Notes: generated from the letters alone by a model not told the origin. A stretch of 53,253 nt of DNA from an uncultured Candidatus Saccharibacteria bacterium (GCA_964574655.1 CAZNOH010000001.1:601020-654272), one strand, 5' to 3'; positions 9,811 through 20,471 are shown, counted from the first letter of the stretch. Numbers and translations are program-made.

Positions 9811-10698
9811 TTAAACTTTGAGAAAAAAATTTTCTAATGCTAGCTTTTCGTTGATGACAGAAGCATTATTGATTTCTGCGAGATAACCTATTAAACTGAT
9901 TATTTCTTTTCTATCTTTTTTTTGGGAAAATTGCTCTAATTCATTCAAGTTGGCCTGATTTAAGATTAATTTTGGATTATTTGATTTTAATAATAACGCG
10001 TCGCGGAAAAAAGAAGTCCAAAGATTAATTATTTTATTATAATTTTCTTTTGATTCCTTGTATATTTTTTCAACGAAAAGAAATTTTGTATTAATGTCTG
10101 AATTTAATAAATTGGAAAAATTGGAAATAAACTTTTGCCTAGCTAGAATTCCATTTTTATTATTGGCGAGAGCAAGGGCAATTCCTGGACGGCCTTGCGA
10201 AAATTTTAAGATCTGATTTTTTTCTTGCTCTGTTAAATCATAATTGTTGAGCAATATACTAATATTTTCTTTGCTTGCTAAATTAAATTCATAATTAATG
10301 CAACGAGAAATAATGGTTGGCAAGACTTTTGATTTGTTAGAGGTGACTAATATTAGGACTGTATTTTTGGCTGGCTCTTCTAATGTTTTTAATAAAGCAC
10401 TTGCTGCTTGATTGGTAATGAAAGAAGCGTCATCAATGATCGCTACCTTGAATTCTGATTGTGACGATAATAATAACTTGTGATGTAAATCGCGAATATC
10501 ATCTATTTTTATGGCGGAATTTGTCTCTAAAACATGAATATCGTTATCAGAGCATTTTAAAAGTTCTGCGAATTGTAAAGCCAATGTTTTTTTGCCTAGA
10601 TTGGCAGGCCCGCTGAACAAGTAGGCATGAAAAAATTGGTGGTTTTGAACACTCTTTTTGATCGCTCCTTGGATTCTTTCATTGCCGATAATTTTCAT
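9811..10698 (-). CDS. holB: DNA polymerase III subunit delta'
   Basis: HAYLFSGP..LGK, ALLKTLEEP, LPTIISRC and S.GRPG.A motifs. Confidence 0.9.
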   Translation of the reverse strand: MKIIGNERIQGAIKKSVQNHQFFHAYLFSGPANLGKKTLALQFAELLKCSDNDIHVLETNSAIKIDDIRDLHHKLLLSSQSEFKVAIIDDASFITNQAASALLKTLEEPAKNTVLILVTSNKSKVLPTIISRCINYEFNLASKENISILLNNYDLTEQEKNQILKFSQGRPGIALALANNKNGILARQKFISNFSNLLNSDINTKFLFVEKIYKESKENYNKIINLWTSFFRDALLLKSNNPKLILNQANLNELEQFSQKKDRKEIISLIGYLAEINNASVINEKLALENFFLKV

Positions 10699-10749
10699 AA
10701 CGTTTCATATATAATTTAGCATATATTTAAACACGTTAAAAGAGCAAAT

Positions 10750-10773
10750 AAAAACGGGATTAAACCCGTTTTT
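10750..10773. terminator. Intrinsic terminator, symmetric
   Basis: AAAAACGGG-ATTAAA-CCCGTTTTT, 22 nt downstream of the stop at 10796. Confidence 0.75.
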
Positions 10774-10795
10774 ACTAAAATATTTTTAATTAATT

Positions 10796-12670
10796 TTATT
10801 TCTTAATAATCGCAAAATAGTAGGTATTTCTAGGAAATTTCTTAAAGTACTTTACCGTAAATTTCCTTTTTGATAAGCTGTGCTTTGCTTTTGTTTTCGT
10901 CCATTGATTATTAATCTTATACCAATTCAATCCAGCTTTGACACGATATTTGAGTTTAAGATCTTTTGTTGGAAGGTTTGGTTCGATCTTTTTCAAAACA
11001 TTTAATTCTTTTTGCGTGTATTTGTAATCTATTTTTATCTTAAATTTTTTTGATGATTTTTTTGGTTTGTATTTGTTAAGATTTGTTTTTAATAACCAAT
11101 ATTTTTTTAACGATAAATGAGAACCAAGTGCTAGGCTTCCTGGATAAGATTTATATTTTATTAGCTGAATCCAATATTTGCTGTTTTTGGTTAATTTGTT
11201 AGGTAAATCTGTAAAATTAATTACTAAAGATCCGCCTGAAATTTGTTTGCCGTCTAATCCAGAATACAGATAGATTTTTTTGCCTTGTCTTAATTTTCTT
11301 TGGGCAACAATTGTTCGATCAATAACGTAAGTCTCCATTTTAACTTCTTCTGTATTTCCAAGACTGTCAACAGAAAAGAATTTCAAAGTTGTATCTTGAG
11401 TAATCGAAATTGGAGCTGAATATGTTGTTGACGAAGTTGTTGGAGTTGAGCCGTCAATTGTGTAATATGTTGCTGAAACGCTCGAATCTGTATCAGTGGC
11501 TGTTAATGTGACTGATTGATCTGAAGTATGTGTTCCTCCAGCTGGTGAAGCAGTGGTTGTTGGTGCAAGGTAATCGATATACCAAGAAGCAATATAGTTT
11601 GCAGAACTTCCGCTCGCAGTTGTAAAGGCGCCTCCAGCATATAGAGCATCATTATAAACTGCTAAAATATTGACTGCAGGATCTACACCGCTAGTACCTG
11701 ATCCTACTATACTCCAGCTAGAATTATTCCATTTGGCAATATTATCAACAGCAATATCGTCGACTGTGGCGAACCTTCCTCCTGCGTATAATTCGTTGTT
11801 GTAAACCGCTAATGCATTAACAGATGGTCCATATGCCGAGCTCAGGCCATGCGTACCTACTGCACTCCACGCTGTATTATTCCATTTAGCAATTTTGTTC
11901 GCAGTGATACCGCCAGCTGTGTCAAAAGCTCCTCCAGCATATAGCTCGTTGTTGTAAACCACTAGGTCGCTAACATCTGAATTCATCCCGGTACCTACTG
12001 CAAACCACTCTGAATCATTCCATTTGGCAATACGATTGGCAGGGATGCCGTTGGCTGTTGTAAAAATTCCTCCGGCATACAAATTATTGTTATAAACTGC
12101 TAATATATTGACGCGTGCGTTCATGTCTGTAGAGCTTACTTTACTCCAGTTTGCACCGTCCCATTTTGCGATATAACCAACAGCCATGCCGTCGACTGTC
12201 GTAAAATAACCTCCAGCATATAATTTATTATTATATACTACTAAAGAATTAGCCGGCTGGTTCATACCAGAAGAACCAACTGCACTCCAAGATAAGCCGT
12301 TCCATTTGGCAATACGATTAACGGTGATGCCGTCAGCTGTGATGAAACTTCCTGAAGCATACAATTCATCATTATATACTGCTAAAACATATACGGTACC
12401 ATTCATCCCCGAAGAGCCTACTTTACTCCAGCTGGTGCCATTCCATTTGGCAATATAATTGACAGCAATGCCATCGGCTGTAATAAAATTTCCTCCGGCA
12501 TATAACTCATTGTTATAGATTGCTAAAGCACTAACAGTGGAATCCATCCCTGAAGTACCTACTTTGTCCCAACTTGAGCTAGTCCTTGCAAAAACTTGGT
12601 TAGCTAAAAAATAGCAAGAACCTAAAAGCAAAAATACAAAAAAGATGCTTTTTAAAAATACTTTTCTCAT
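10796..12670 (-). CDS. Secreted protein: 7-repeat beta-propeller, CHB_HEX_C/Fn3-associated domain and Lys-rich C-terminal domain
   Basis: Signal peptide; seven ~48-aa repeats LAVYNNELYAGG.FTT......IAKWN...W; TYYTIDGS.PT and YSAPISI motifs; basic tail. Confidence 0.8.
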   Translation of the reverse strand: MRKVFLKSIFFVFLLLGSCYFLANQVFARTSSSWDKVGTSGMDSTVSALAIYNNELYAGGNFITADGIAVNYIAKWNGTSWSKVGSSGMNGTVYVLAVYNDELYASGSFITADGITVNRIAKWNGLSWSAVGSSGMNQPANSLVVYNNKLYAGGYFTTVDGMAVGYIAKWDGANWSKVSSTDMNARVNILAVYNNNLYAGGIFTTANGIPANRIAKWNDSEWFAVGTGMNSDVSDLVVYNNELYAGGAFDTAGGITANKIAKWNNTAWSAVGTHGLSSAYGPSVNALAVYNNELYAGGRFATVDDIAVDNIAKWNNSSWSIVGSGTSGVDPAVNILAVYNDALYAGGAFTTASGSSANYIASWYIDYLAPTTTASPAGGTHTSDQSVTLTATDTDSSVSATYYTIDGSTPTTSSTTYSAPISITQDTTLKFFSVDSLGNTEEVKMETYVIDRTIVAQRKLRQGKKIYLYSGLDGKQISGGSLVINFTDLPNKLTKNSKYWIQLIKYKSYPGSLALGSHLSLKKYWLLKTNLNKYKPKKSSKKFKIKIDYKYTQKELNVLKKIEPNLPTKDLKLKYRVKAGLNWYKINNQWTKTKAKHSLSKRKFTVKYFKKFPRNTYYFAIIKK

Positions 12671-12747
12671 ATTTTATTTTATTTTATTTTATTACTTAAA
12701 GTATTTATTTAGTATAACATAACTGACTGAAATGTTATTAACATAAC

Positions 12748-13863
12748 TTATACACTTTTCAGAGCTTCTAATGTCTCTTTTGCACATTTCTCCCACGAAA
12801 ATTTTTTAATTCTTTCAAAGCCTTTTTGAATTAATTCTTGGCGCAATTTTTCATTGCCTAAAACTTGTTTGATTTTATCAGCCATGTCGCTAACATTGTT
12901 TGGATCAAATAATACTCCAGCGTCGCCGACGACTTCTGGGATTGAAGCAGCGGTTGAGACAGCAACAGGCGTACCGCAAGCCATGGCTTCTAATGGCGGA
13001 ATGCCGAAGCCTTCATAATTTGATGGAAAAACAAATAACTTTGCTTCATTCATCAAATAGGGCAAGTCCTCTTCCTTTGTCCAGCCAAGCTCAACTATTT
13101 TGTCACGAATTCCTTGTATTTTTATTTCTTCTTCAATAGTTTCGTAGCCATTTTCAGGAAGACCAGCTAAAACTAATTTGTAGTTTTCAAAACGAGGATC
13201 AGAGATAACTGCTTTGAAAGCTTTTATTAAATTTGGAATATTTTTTTTTAAATTTAGACGGCCAGTATAGAATAAATAATTTTCCGGTAATTTATATTTA
13301 TTTTTTATACTTTTAATTGCATCTTGATCATCTATTTTTCGATAATCTTTTTGACTGAAACCTAAATGAATAACTTTGATTCTTTTTGGATCTATCTTGC
13401 ACAATTTAACCATTTCTTGTTTTGTAAATTCAGAAATAGTTAAAATCAATGATGCCTTTTTTATGGCTTGCTGTAAACCAAAATTATGATATTTGATTTC
13501 TTTGCTTGAATACAATTCTGGATGGCTCTTGAAGCCTATGTCGCAAATCGTAGTAACTGTTTTCTTCGGTGAAACTAACGGAATAATATGCGCTGGAACA
13601 AATAAAATATCAGGCGGATTCTTTTTCATTTCAAAAGATAATCTTGCCATTGTCCAAAGATATTTCGGAGGCCAAGATAAAACTTGCTCTTTAAAATTTT
13701 GTGGCAACTTTGCTAATTCGCCTTTTAATTTGTCTGGAGAATATAAGTTGTATTGATTTTGCCGATCTAATTTCGCCAATTCTAAAATAAGGTTGTAGGA
13801 ATACCACTCAGTGCCAGTTTTAATTTGTTTGTTGGCGCGCGAAGCGTCAATACCAATTATCAT
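12748..13863 (-). CDS. Glycosyltransferase family 4 (GT-B fold)
   Basis: IGIDAS...TGTEWY and FPS.YEGFGIPPLEAMACGTP motifs. Confidence 0.92.
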   Translation of the reverse strand: MIIGIDASRANKQIKTGTEWYSYNLILELAKLDRQNQYNLYSPDKLKGELAKLPQNFKEQVLSWPPKYLWTMARLSFEMKKNPPDILFVPAHIIPLVSPKKTVTTICDIGFKSHPELYSSKEIKYHNFGLQQAIKKASLILTISEFTKQEMVKLCKIDPKRIKVIHLGFSQKDYRKIDDQDAIKSIKNKYKLPENYLFYTGRLNLKKNIPNLIKAFKAVISDPRFENYKLVLAGLPENGYETIEEEIKIQGIRDKIVELGWTKEEDLPYLMNEAKLFVFPSNYEGFGIPPLEAMACGTPVAVSTAASIPEVVGDAGVLFDPNNVSDMADKIKQVLGNEKLRQELIQKGFERIKKFSWEKCAKETLEALKSV

Positions 13864-13867
13864 TGAA

Positions 13868-13998
13868 AAAATCCTAAATTCTAAACTCTAAATCCTAAAT
13901 AAATTCAAAATTTAAAATCAAAAATCTATATAACCATATCTAGTTTAGTATTAAAATTTTAGATTTTTAATTTATTTAGAGTTTAGGATTTAGAATTT
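13868..13998. repeat. Intergenic inverted heptamer array (TCCTAAA family, copy 2)
   Basis: aaatcctaaattctaaactctaaatcctaaataaatt ... aatttatttagagtttaggatttagaattt. Confidence 0.8.
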
Positions 13999-15008
13999 TA
14001 GCGTTTTGAAGCTAATACACTTCTCTTATATGAATCCAAATTTTCAAGTGCAGCTGCTGTGCCTTTTACAACGCAAAGCAATGGATCTTCGGCAACATAA
14101 CATGGAACGCCAGTTGCCTTGGCTAAAAGTTGATCTAAATTTCTCAATAATCCTCCGCCTCCAGTTAGAATCATACCTTTATCCATAACATCAGCTGATA
14201 ATTCTGGCGGAGTCTCTTGCAAGACTGCTTTGACAGCTTGAACTATTTCACGAAGCTCATCTTGAATTGCTTCAGTTGTTTCATTTGAGGTAACAATAAT
14301 ATTTTTGGGCAAACCGCGAACCATGTCACGGCCTCTTATTTCCATTGAGTCTTCCTTCTCAACTGGCAAGGCAGTACCAATTTTAATTTTTATTTCTTCA
14401 GATGTTCTATCACCAATCACAAGACCATGTTTTTTTCTAATATAATTTGCAATTGCAACATCTAATTTGTTTCCAGCAACACGGACTGAATTAACAGCAA
14501 CAATGCCGCCTAAGGAAATAACTGCAACTTCAGTTGTGCCACCGCCAATATCAATAACCATGTTTCCGCATGATTGGGCGATTGGAATCCCAGCGCCAAT
14601 TGCTGCAGCGATTGGCTCTTTAATAATGTAGGCGGCTTTGGCACCAGCTTGCATGGTTGCATCAACAACTGCTCTTCTTTCCGTAGAAGTAATGCCAGCT
14701 GGAACTGAAACCATGACTTCAGGACGAAAAAGCCTAACATTGCCAATTGATTTGTTAATAAAATAACGAAGCATTGCTTCGGTAACGCGATAATCAGCGA
14801 TAACGCCGTCTTTCATTGGACGTGAAGCAACAATCGTGTCTGGCGTTCGACCAAGCATTTGCTTTGCTTCATTGCCTACTGCTAAAATTGAATTGTCATC
14901 AAGCGAGACAGCAACAACAGAAGGCTCATTTAAGACAATGCCTTTTTTAGGTAAATATACAACTGAATTAGCTGTGCCAAGATCTATACCGATTTTCTTT
15001 ATGAACAT
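13998..15008 (-). CDS. mreB: Second MreB/Mbl-like actin homolog
   Basis: GIDLGTAN, DIGGGTTEVA and LTGGGGLL motifs; immediately downstream of murA. Confidence 0.93.
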   Translation of the reverse strand: MFIKKIGIDLGTANSVVYLPKKGIVLNEPSVVAVSLDDNSILAVGNEAKQMLGRTPDTIVASRPMKDGVIADYRVTEAMLRYFINKSIGNVRLFRPEVMVSVPAGITSTERRAVVDATMQAGAKAAYIIKEPIAAAIGAGIPIAQSCGNMVIDIGGGTTEVAVISLGGIVAVNSVRVAGNKLDVAIANYIRKKHGLVIGDRTSEEIKIKIGTALPVEKEDSMEIRGRDMVRGLPKNIIVTSNETTEAIQDELREIVQAVKAVLQETPPELSADVMDKGMILTGGGGLLRNLDQLLAKATGVPCYVAEDPLLCVVKGTAAALENLDSYKRSVLASKR

Positions 15009-15015
15009 AGACGCG

Positions 15016-15126
15016 AATTTTCAATTTACAATTCTCAATTTCCAATCAATTTTCAATGACTAAATTTTCAAATTGTCATTGGAAATTGTAAATTGGAAAT
15101 TTATTGTAAATTGATAATTGAAAATT
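15016..15126. repeat. Intergenic inverted array (AATTTTC/AATTTAC type)
   Basis: aattttcaatttacaattctcaattttccaat ... attggaaatttattgtaaattgataattgaaaatt. Confidence 0.75.
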
Positions 15127-16384
15127 ATTTTCTTTCTATCTTTGCTCCTAATTTTTTCAGTCTCTCCTCAATTTTTTCATAACCTCTATCAACTTGATAG
15201 ATATTATCAATTTCTGATTTTCCGTCTGCAATCAATGCTGCAATTACTAAAGCTATACCAGCTCTGATATCAGGGCTTTCTAGCTTTGAACCGTAAAATT
15301 TTGTTGGACCTTGTACTACGATTCGATGAGGATCACACATAATAATATTTGCTCCCATCTTGTTTAACATGTCGGTATAAAATAAACGACCTTCATAAAT
15401 TGTTTCATGAACCATACTCAATCCTTTGGCTTGAGTCAAAAGAATTGTTGCTGGAGCCTGTAAATCTGTGGCAAATCCTGGATATTCATGAGTTCTAACT
15501 TCACAAGCTTTTAAATCTGTGGAAGGATTTATTTTAACAAAGTCTTGGCCAATTTCAAAGTTGACGCCAATCTTTTTTAATATTTTCCAGAAAATTTCAA
15601 GATGAGATGGATTGCAATTTGTAATTTTCAAATCTCCGCCTGTTAATGCGCCTAAAATTGCAAATGTCCCAGTTTCAATACGATCTGGAATTGCCGTAAA
15701 TTCTCCACCACTTAATTTTTTAACACCTTCTATTTCTATATTTGGCGTACCAGCTCCGATGATTTTTGCGCCTAAAGAATTTAAGAATTCAACTAAATTT
15801 ACTACTTCTGGTTCGCAAGCAGTATTTATTAAAGTTGTTTTGCCTTCTGCTAGGACTGCAGACATAATTAAACTTTCAGTAACGGTATGAGAAATAATTG
15901 GAAAAACGAATTTTGTAGCTTTTAATTTATCTCCTGTTCTTTTTAAATGATAATAATCCCGCTCGTGTTTTATTTCAACGCCAAATTGATCAAGACCATC
16001 TAAATAAATATCGATTGGTCTTTTGCCAATAATATCGCCACCTGGAAATGGAAATTTTACCTCGCTAACTCTGGTGAGCAATGGCGCTAAAAACATAATT
16101 GAAGCACGTAATTTTGCAACTAAATCTTTGTCTAATTCCGTTTTTTTTATTTCAGAGACTTTAACTTTATATTCATGCTCGCTAACTTTTGTTACTTGTC
16201 CGCCTAAATCTTTCAGAATTTCAAACATAACATGGACATCTTCAATGCTAGGAATATTTTTTAAGATAACTTCTTGATCTGTCAGAATAGTAGAAGCAAT
16301 TGCTTTTAAGGCGCTGTTTTTTGCACCAGCAACGCTGATTTCTCCTGATAATTTATTTGGGCCTGTGATGATAAATTTTGACAT
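15125..16384 (-). CDS. murA: UDP-N-acetylglucosamine 1-carboxyvinyltransferase with Asp at the catalytic Cys position
   Basis: GAKNSAL, LRASI, PGGD.IG.RP, PDRIE.GT, YPGF.TD.Q and DRGYE motifs. Confidence 0.97.
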   Translation of the reverse strand: MSKFIITGPNKLSGEISVAGAKNSALKAIASTILTDQEVILKNIPSIEDVHVMFEILKDLGGQVTKVSEHEYKVKVSEIKKTELDKDLVAKLRASIMFLAPLLTRVSEVKFPFPGGDIIGKRPIDIYLDGLDQFGVEIKHERDYYHLKRTGDKLKATKFVFPIISHTVTESLIMSAVLAEGKTTLINTACEPEVVNLVEFLNSLGAKIIGAGTPNIEIEGVKKLSGGEFTAIPDRIETGTFAILGALTGGDLKITNCNPSHLEIFWKILKKIGVNFEIGQDFVKINPSTDLKACEVRTHEYPGFATDLQAPATILLTQAKGLSMVHETIYEGRLFYTDMLNKMGANIIMCDPHRIVVQGPTKFYGSKLESPDIRAGIALVIAALIADGKSEIDNIYQVDRGYEKIEERLKKLGAKIERK

Positions 16385-16400
16385 AAAAAATTTAATTATT

Positions 16401-16449
16401 GTAGTGGCACAATCCTGTCGTTAGATAGGACAAGAATTTTAGCGCCTAC
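16401..16449. repeat. Degenerate REP-like element (GTAG...CTAC) with internal hairpin
   Basis: GTAGTGGCAC...GCGCCTAC enclosing TCCTGTC-GTTA-GATAGGA, just upstream of murA. Confidence 0.4.
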
Positions 16450-16546
16450 GTATTTATTTAAGTATATTATGAAAATAGCAAAAATACAACATGATGTCCT
16501 CTTTACAAAAATGTTTAAAATTGTTATTTTTTAAGTAATATACTAT

Positions 16547-17977
16547 ATGAGAAAATTACAACGTCAAATTTTATTATTCTTGAGTATTGGCATTTTTATT
16601 GTTGTTGCTCCTTTTTTGGTTTTTTATTCTATGGGCTTTCGTTTTGATTTTAAAAAATTTGAAATTGCAAAAGTTGGCATGCTGGTTATTGAATCACAGC
16701 CAGAGAGCGTTAATGTTTATCTAAATAATAAATTTGTTGATAATGGCACGCCATTTAAAGCATCTTCTTTAACTCCTGGAAACTATAAAATCAGGGTTGA
16801 AAAACAAAACTTTTTTTCTTGGAAGAAAACTTTGCCAATAAAAAGTGGCAAGGTCAATTGGGCAAGCCATGTGCGCTTATTTTATGAGAATCCAAGCTTG
16901 AAAGAGCTAGCAAAAACTCAAACATTTGATGATTTTAAGTATTTGCCTGAAAATAAAAAGATTTTTTTGTTGAGCAATCAACAAGACAAAAAAGGTATTT
17001 TTGAATATAATCTAGATTCAGCAAAATTGACTAAAATTTTTCCAAAAAAAGAAGATAACATTAAATACGAAAACGTTGATTTTTCTGATTTGCAGGTATC
17101 TTTAAATAGAAGATATGCCTTTTTTAGCTGGAATGATTCTTCAAGCTTGAAGAACTATATGATAGCAAACACTGAAAAGACTGTTTTTTTAAATACTGTT
17201 TTTGGTAATGAAATTTCTAATCCTTCATGGTCAACACAGAATGACAGTCTGATTTATTGGATTTATAAAGATAATTTATACAGCTACAACGCTGATTCTT
17301 CTTCGATTCCGTCTGTTGCTTCAGCGTCTGTTTTGAATTATGCAATTGGCGTTGATTATGTGTTCATGGAAAAATTTGAAAATGAAAAATTTGTTATTAA
17401 GCGAGCAAAAGAAAATGATTTGGGATCTGATACTTTATTTGTTGAAAATCCTGAGAATATTAAAACTGTTGACATAAAAGCTGGATTAAAAAATGCAGTT
17501 GCCTTTAAACTAGAAAACAATTTATTATATTTGGTAAAACAGAAAAAAAATAGCAATGACTTTTTAGCAACGAAAATTTTTGATAAACCAAAAGATTTTA
17601 TTTGGAGTGAGGAAGAAAATAAGTTACTGTATTACAATGATGTTGAAATGTGGTTTTATGAATTAGTGAATCGCATTTCTGATGTTCCAATCATTCATTC
17701 TGAGTATAGGATAAATAATGCTAATTTAATTGCTAGATCGCAGATAAAAATTGACCATGCATCTTGGTATCCTGACGAAGAGCATGTTTTATATAATCTT
17801 GATAATAGACTAAATGTGATTGAATTAGATGAGCGAAGCAATAAAAATATATATACTTTTAATAATTTTATGGCTTCTACTTTTGCGCCTGGCCTAAAAG
17901 GCGAAAATTTGATATTTTTGAATCAAGATAAATATTTATACGAAGCTAGGATTTCGGAAGACGATAGTCTGTTCTAA
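16547..17977 (+). CDS. Membrane-anchored PEGA-domain protein with probable C-terminal beta-propeller
   Basis: N-terminal TM helix, then G.L.IES.P..V.VYLN...TP......PG.Y.I.VEK (PEGA); WS/WYPD propeller turns. Confidence 0.8.
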   Translation: MRKLQRQILLFLSIGIFIVVAPFLVFYSMGFRFDFKKFEIAKVGMLVIESQPESVNVYLNNKFVDNGTPFKASSLTPGNYKIRVEKQNFFSWKKTLPIKSGKVNWASHVRLFYENPSLKELAKTQTFDDFKYLPENKKIFLLSNQQDKKGIFEYNLDSAKLTKIFPKKEDNIKYENVDFSDLQVSLNRRYAFFSWNDSSSLKNYMIANTEKTVFLNTVFGNEISNPSWSTQNDSLIYWIYKDNLYSYNADSSSIPSVASASVLNYAIGVDYVFMEKFENEKFVIKRAKENDLGSDTLFVENPENIKTVDIKAGLKNAVAFKLENNLLYLVKQKKNSNDFLATKIFDKPKDFIWSEEENKLLYYNDVEMWFYELVNRISDVPIIHSEYRINNANLIARSQIKIDHASWYPDEEHVLYNLDNRLNVIELDERSNKNIYTFNNFMASTFAPGLKGENLIFLNQDKYLYEARISEDDSLF

Positions 17978-18029
17978 TTGCTAAATTGCTCTATTGCTAA
18001 ATTGTTAACTGCTTATGCGGTTTTTTTGT

Positions 18030-18058
18030 AAAAAAAACCGCGGAATAAATCCCGCGGT
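18030..18058 (-). terminator. Intrinsic terminator of the ribosomal protein operon
   Basis: ACCGCGG stem followed by a T-run on -, just after the rpsI stop. Confidence 0.75.
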
Positions 18059-18071
18059 AGAATAATATTTT

Positions 18072-18554
18072 TTATCTTTTAGCCCATTGAGGTGCTCTGC
18101 GAGCTTTCTTCAATCCTGGCTTCTTTCTTTCAATCTCTCTTGGGTCTCTTGTCAAGAATCCTAATTTCTTTAATGGAACCTTGTATGTTTGATTCTTCAC
18201 AACTAAAGCTCTTGAAATTCCTAGTCTGACAGCTTCGGCTTGGCCTTTTGATCCGCCGCCTAAAACTCTGACTGTAGTATCAAATTTTCCTTCTTGACCA
18301 ACAGATTTGAATGGTTCAATAATAACGTCTCTTAAATCTGAGTTTTTAAAATATACTTCTAGTTTCTTTTTGTTAACAACAAATTTTCCAGTGCCTCTGT
18401 AAAGTCTTACTTGAGCAACAGCTCTTTTTCTTCTGCCTGTTCCATAATAATATCTTCCAGCTAAATCGTTGGTTTGTTTTTCTTCCAAAACTCCTTTAAC
18501 TTCTTTGACTTCCTTAACTTCTTTAGTTGTTACTGGTTTCTTATTTTCCGTCAT
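18072..18554 (-). CDS. rpsI: 30S ribosomal protein S9 with charged N-terminal extension
   Basis: GTGRRK.AVA.V, GGG..GQA.A.RLGI and [24 protein letters not shown] motifs. Confidence 0.98.
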   Translation of the reverse strand: MTENKKPVTTKEVKEVKEVKGVLEEKQTNDLAGRYYYGTGRRKRAVAQVRLYRGTGKFVVNKKKLEVYFKNSDLRDVIIEPFKSVGQEGKFDTTVRVLGGGSKGQAEAVRLGISRALVVKNQTYKVPLKKLGFLTRDPREIERKKPGLKKARRAPQWAKR

Positions 18555-18933
18555 TTGTGAATATAATTAATCTTTTTAATCTATCATTTTGAAGCCTATT
18601 TTTTGGCAACATGCCTTTGATTGCATTCTTAATTAGAAAATTAGGATTTTTGTTAAATTTTTCCTTTGCAGAAAAGGTCCTTAGATTTCCAATATACCAA
18701 GAGGAATGATGATATTTTTTATCTTCCATCTTATTGCCAGTCAAAACAACTAGGCTAGAATTAGTTACAGTAACAAAATCTCCCATATCAATATGGCTCG
18801 TATAATCAATCTTGTGCTTGCCCATCAAAAAAGTAGCTGCTTTGGTAGCTAATCTTCCTAATGACTCTTTTGAAGCATCAAGAACATGCTTTTCTCTTTT
18901 AACATCTTTAGATTTCGGGATAAATGTTTTCAT
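18541..18933 (-). CDS. rplM: 50S ribosomal protein L13 (short C-terminus, overlaps rpsI)
   Basis: LGRLA, L.GKHK..Y..H.D.GD and KGMLPKN motifs; start could instead be 18942. Confidence 0.95.
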   Translation of the reverse strand: MKTFIPKSKDVKREKHVLDASKESLGRLATKAATFLMGKHKIDYTSHIDMGDFVTVTNSSLVVLTGNKMEDKKYHHSSWYIGNLRTFSAKEKFNKNPNFLIKNAIKGMLPKNRLQNDRLKRLIIFTNDGK

Positions 18934-18987
18934 ATAATACATTAATATTTCTCTAATAACACTAATCTTCTACTAATAAACTGTTAT

Positions 18988-19335
18988 TTATATTAATTCT
19001 AGTAAAACAATTTTTGCATTATCGCCTTTTCGACTTAGCAGTTTTGTGATTCTTGTATAGCCGCCTTTCTTATTGGTAAATTTAGTTGTAAAATCTTTTC
19101 TAAATTTGATAGCTGCTTTTTTGCTTAATTCTTGATGTAAAACTCTTTTTGATATCAAGCTTTTTTCTTTGCCAACTGTAATAATCTTTTCAATATAAGG
19201 CTGAACAAAAGAAGCTTTTGCTTCTGTTGTTCTAATTTTTCCATGCAAAATCAAAGAAGAAGCTAGCATTTTTTTCAATGCCTTTCTTTGAGCTCTATCA
19301 CGTCCTAATTTTTTCGTATTCTTAAGATGTCGCAC
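18988..19335 (-). CDS. rplQ: 50S ribosomal protein L17
   Basis: MRH....KLGR, I.TT..KA and GGYTRI.K...R.GD.A motifs; GTG start. Confidence 0.96.
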   Translation of the reverse strand: MRHLKNTKKLGRDRAQRKALKKMLASSLILHGKIRTTEAKASFVQPYIEKIITVGKEKSLISKRVLHQELSKKAAIKFRKDFTTKFTNKKGGYTRITKLLSRKGDNAKIVLLELI

Positions 19336-19375
19336 GTGAGTTAAAAGTTATAAAGTTTATAAAGTTATAAAGTTT

Positions 19376-20335
19376 TTACGCCTTTAATTCTAAGCCTAGT
19401 TTCTTTAATTCTTTCTTGATTTCTTTTAAAGCTGTTTCACCAAAGCCTTCTAATTCCAATAACTCTTTTTCTGATTTCTTGATTAAATCCTTAACTTTTC
19501 TGATTTTGGCTTTATCTAAAGAATTATATGTTCTAGTTGATAATTTTAATTCGGAAACTAATTTGTCAGTTGCTTCTGTTGAAGCTTCTTCTTTTTCAGC
19601 TACTGGCTGATCTTTTTCTTCCTTGCCTTCCTTAATTTTCTTTTCAATCATTTCCTTGCCAGCTAAAATTGAGAATTGATCAACTAAAATTTTTGCTGAT
19701 TTTGCAATTCCGTCTAAAGGAGAAATTGAACCATCAGTTTTTACATTCAAGATAAGCTTATCATAATCTGTTCTTTGTCCGACACGAGTGTTCTCTACTT
19801 TATAGCCAACAGCAATAACAGGAGAGAAAATAGCATCAACAGCAATCATTCCAATTTCTAGATCTTTACCATTGCGTTGTTCAACTGGCAAATAGCCCAT
19901 GCCTTGTTCAATAACAAATTCCATGTCAAAGTTGGCATCTTTGCTAGTAGCTTCGGCAATTTTTTGATCCTTGTTGATAATTTCAACGTCATTAGTAGAT
20001 TTGATTTCTTTTGCTGTAATTACGCCAGTACCTTTGTGGGATAATTTTATTCTTACTGGCTCTTTTGAAAATGATTTAACTCTGATTTTCTTAACATTTA
20101 AAATAATATCAATAACGCTTTCTTTGATATGCTCAATCGCAGTAAATTCATGATCAACACCCTTAATTTTGATAGCTGTAATTGCAGCGCCAGCAAGAGA
20201 AGAAAGTAAAACTCTTCTTAATGCATTACCTAAAGTAAGACCGTATCCAGGAAAACATGGCTCAATAACAATAGTAGATTCGTTATCTTCTTCTTTCAAA
20301 GCAGCGATTCTAGAAGGTATGATTATTTCCTCCAT
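19376..20335 (-). CDS. rpoA: RNA polymerase alpha subunit
   Basis: EP...GYG.TLGNALRRVLLSS, HEF and RVGQRTDYDKL motifs; alpha-CTD LS.R..N.L. Confidence 0.98.
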   Translation of the reverse strand: MEEIIIPSRIAALKEEDNESTIVIEPCFPGYGLTLGNALRRVLLSSLAGAAITAIKIKGVDHEFTAIEHIKESVIDIILNVKKIRVKSFSKEPVRIKLSHKGTGVITAKEIKSTNDVEIINKDQKIAEATSKDANFDMEFVIEQGMGYLPVEQRNGKDLEIGMIAVDAIFSPVIAVGYKVENTRVGQRTDYDKLILNVKTDGSISPLDGIAKSAKILVDQFSILAGKEMIEKKIKEGKEEKDQPVAEKEEASTEATDKLVSELKLSTRTYNSLDKAKIRKVKDLIKKSEKELLELEGFGETALKEIKKELKKLGLELKA

Positions 20336-20364
20336 ATAATTTTGATTAAATGTTTATAAATATA

Positions 20365-20452
20365 TTCTGCGTTTTCTGCGTTATATTCTGCTTTTTCTGC
20401 GATTAAAACTTTAACGCAGAGTGACGCAGAATCTTACGCAGAAGACGCAGAA
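20365..20452. repeat. Intergenic inverted array of TCTGCG/CGCAGA units
   Basis: Four ttctgc(g) units, a central ttaaaactttaa, then four cgcaga units. Confidence 0.8.
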
Positions 20453-20471
20453 AAAGAATAAAACGTGTTAA

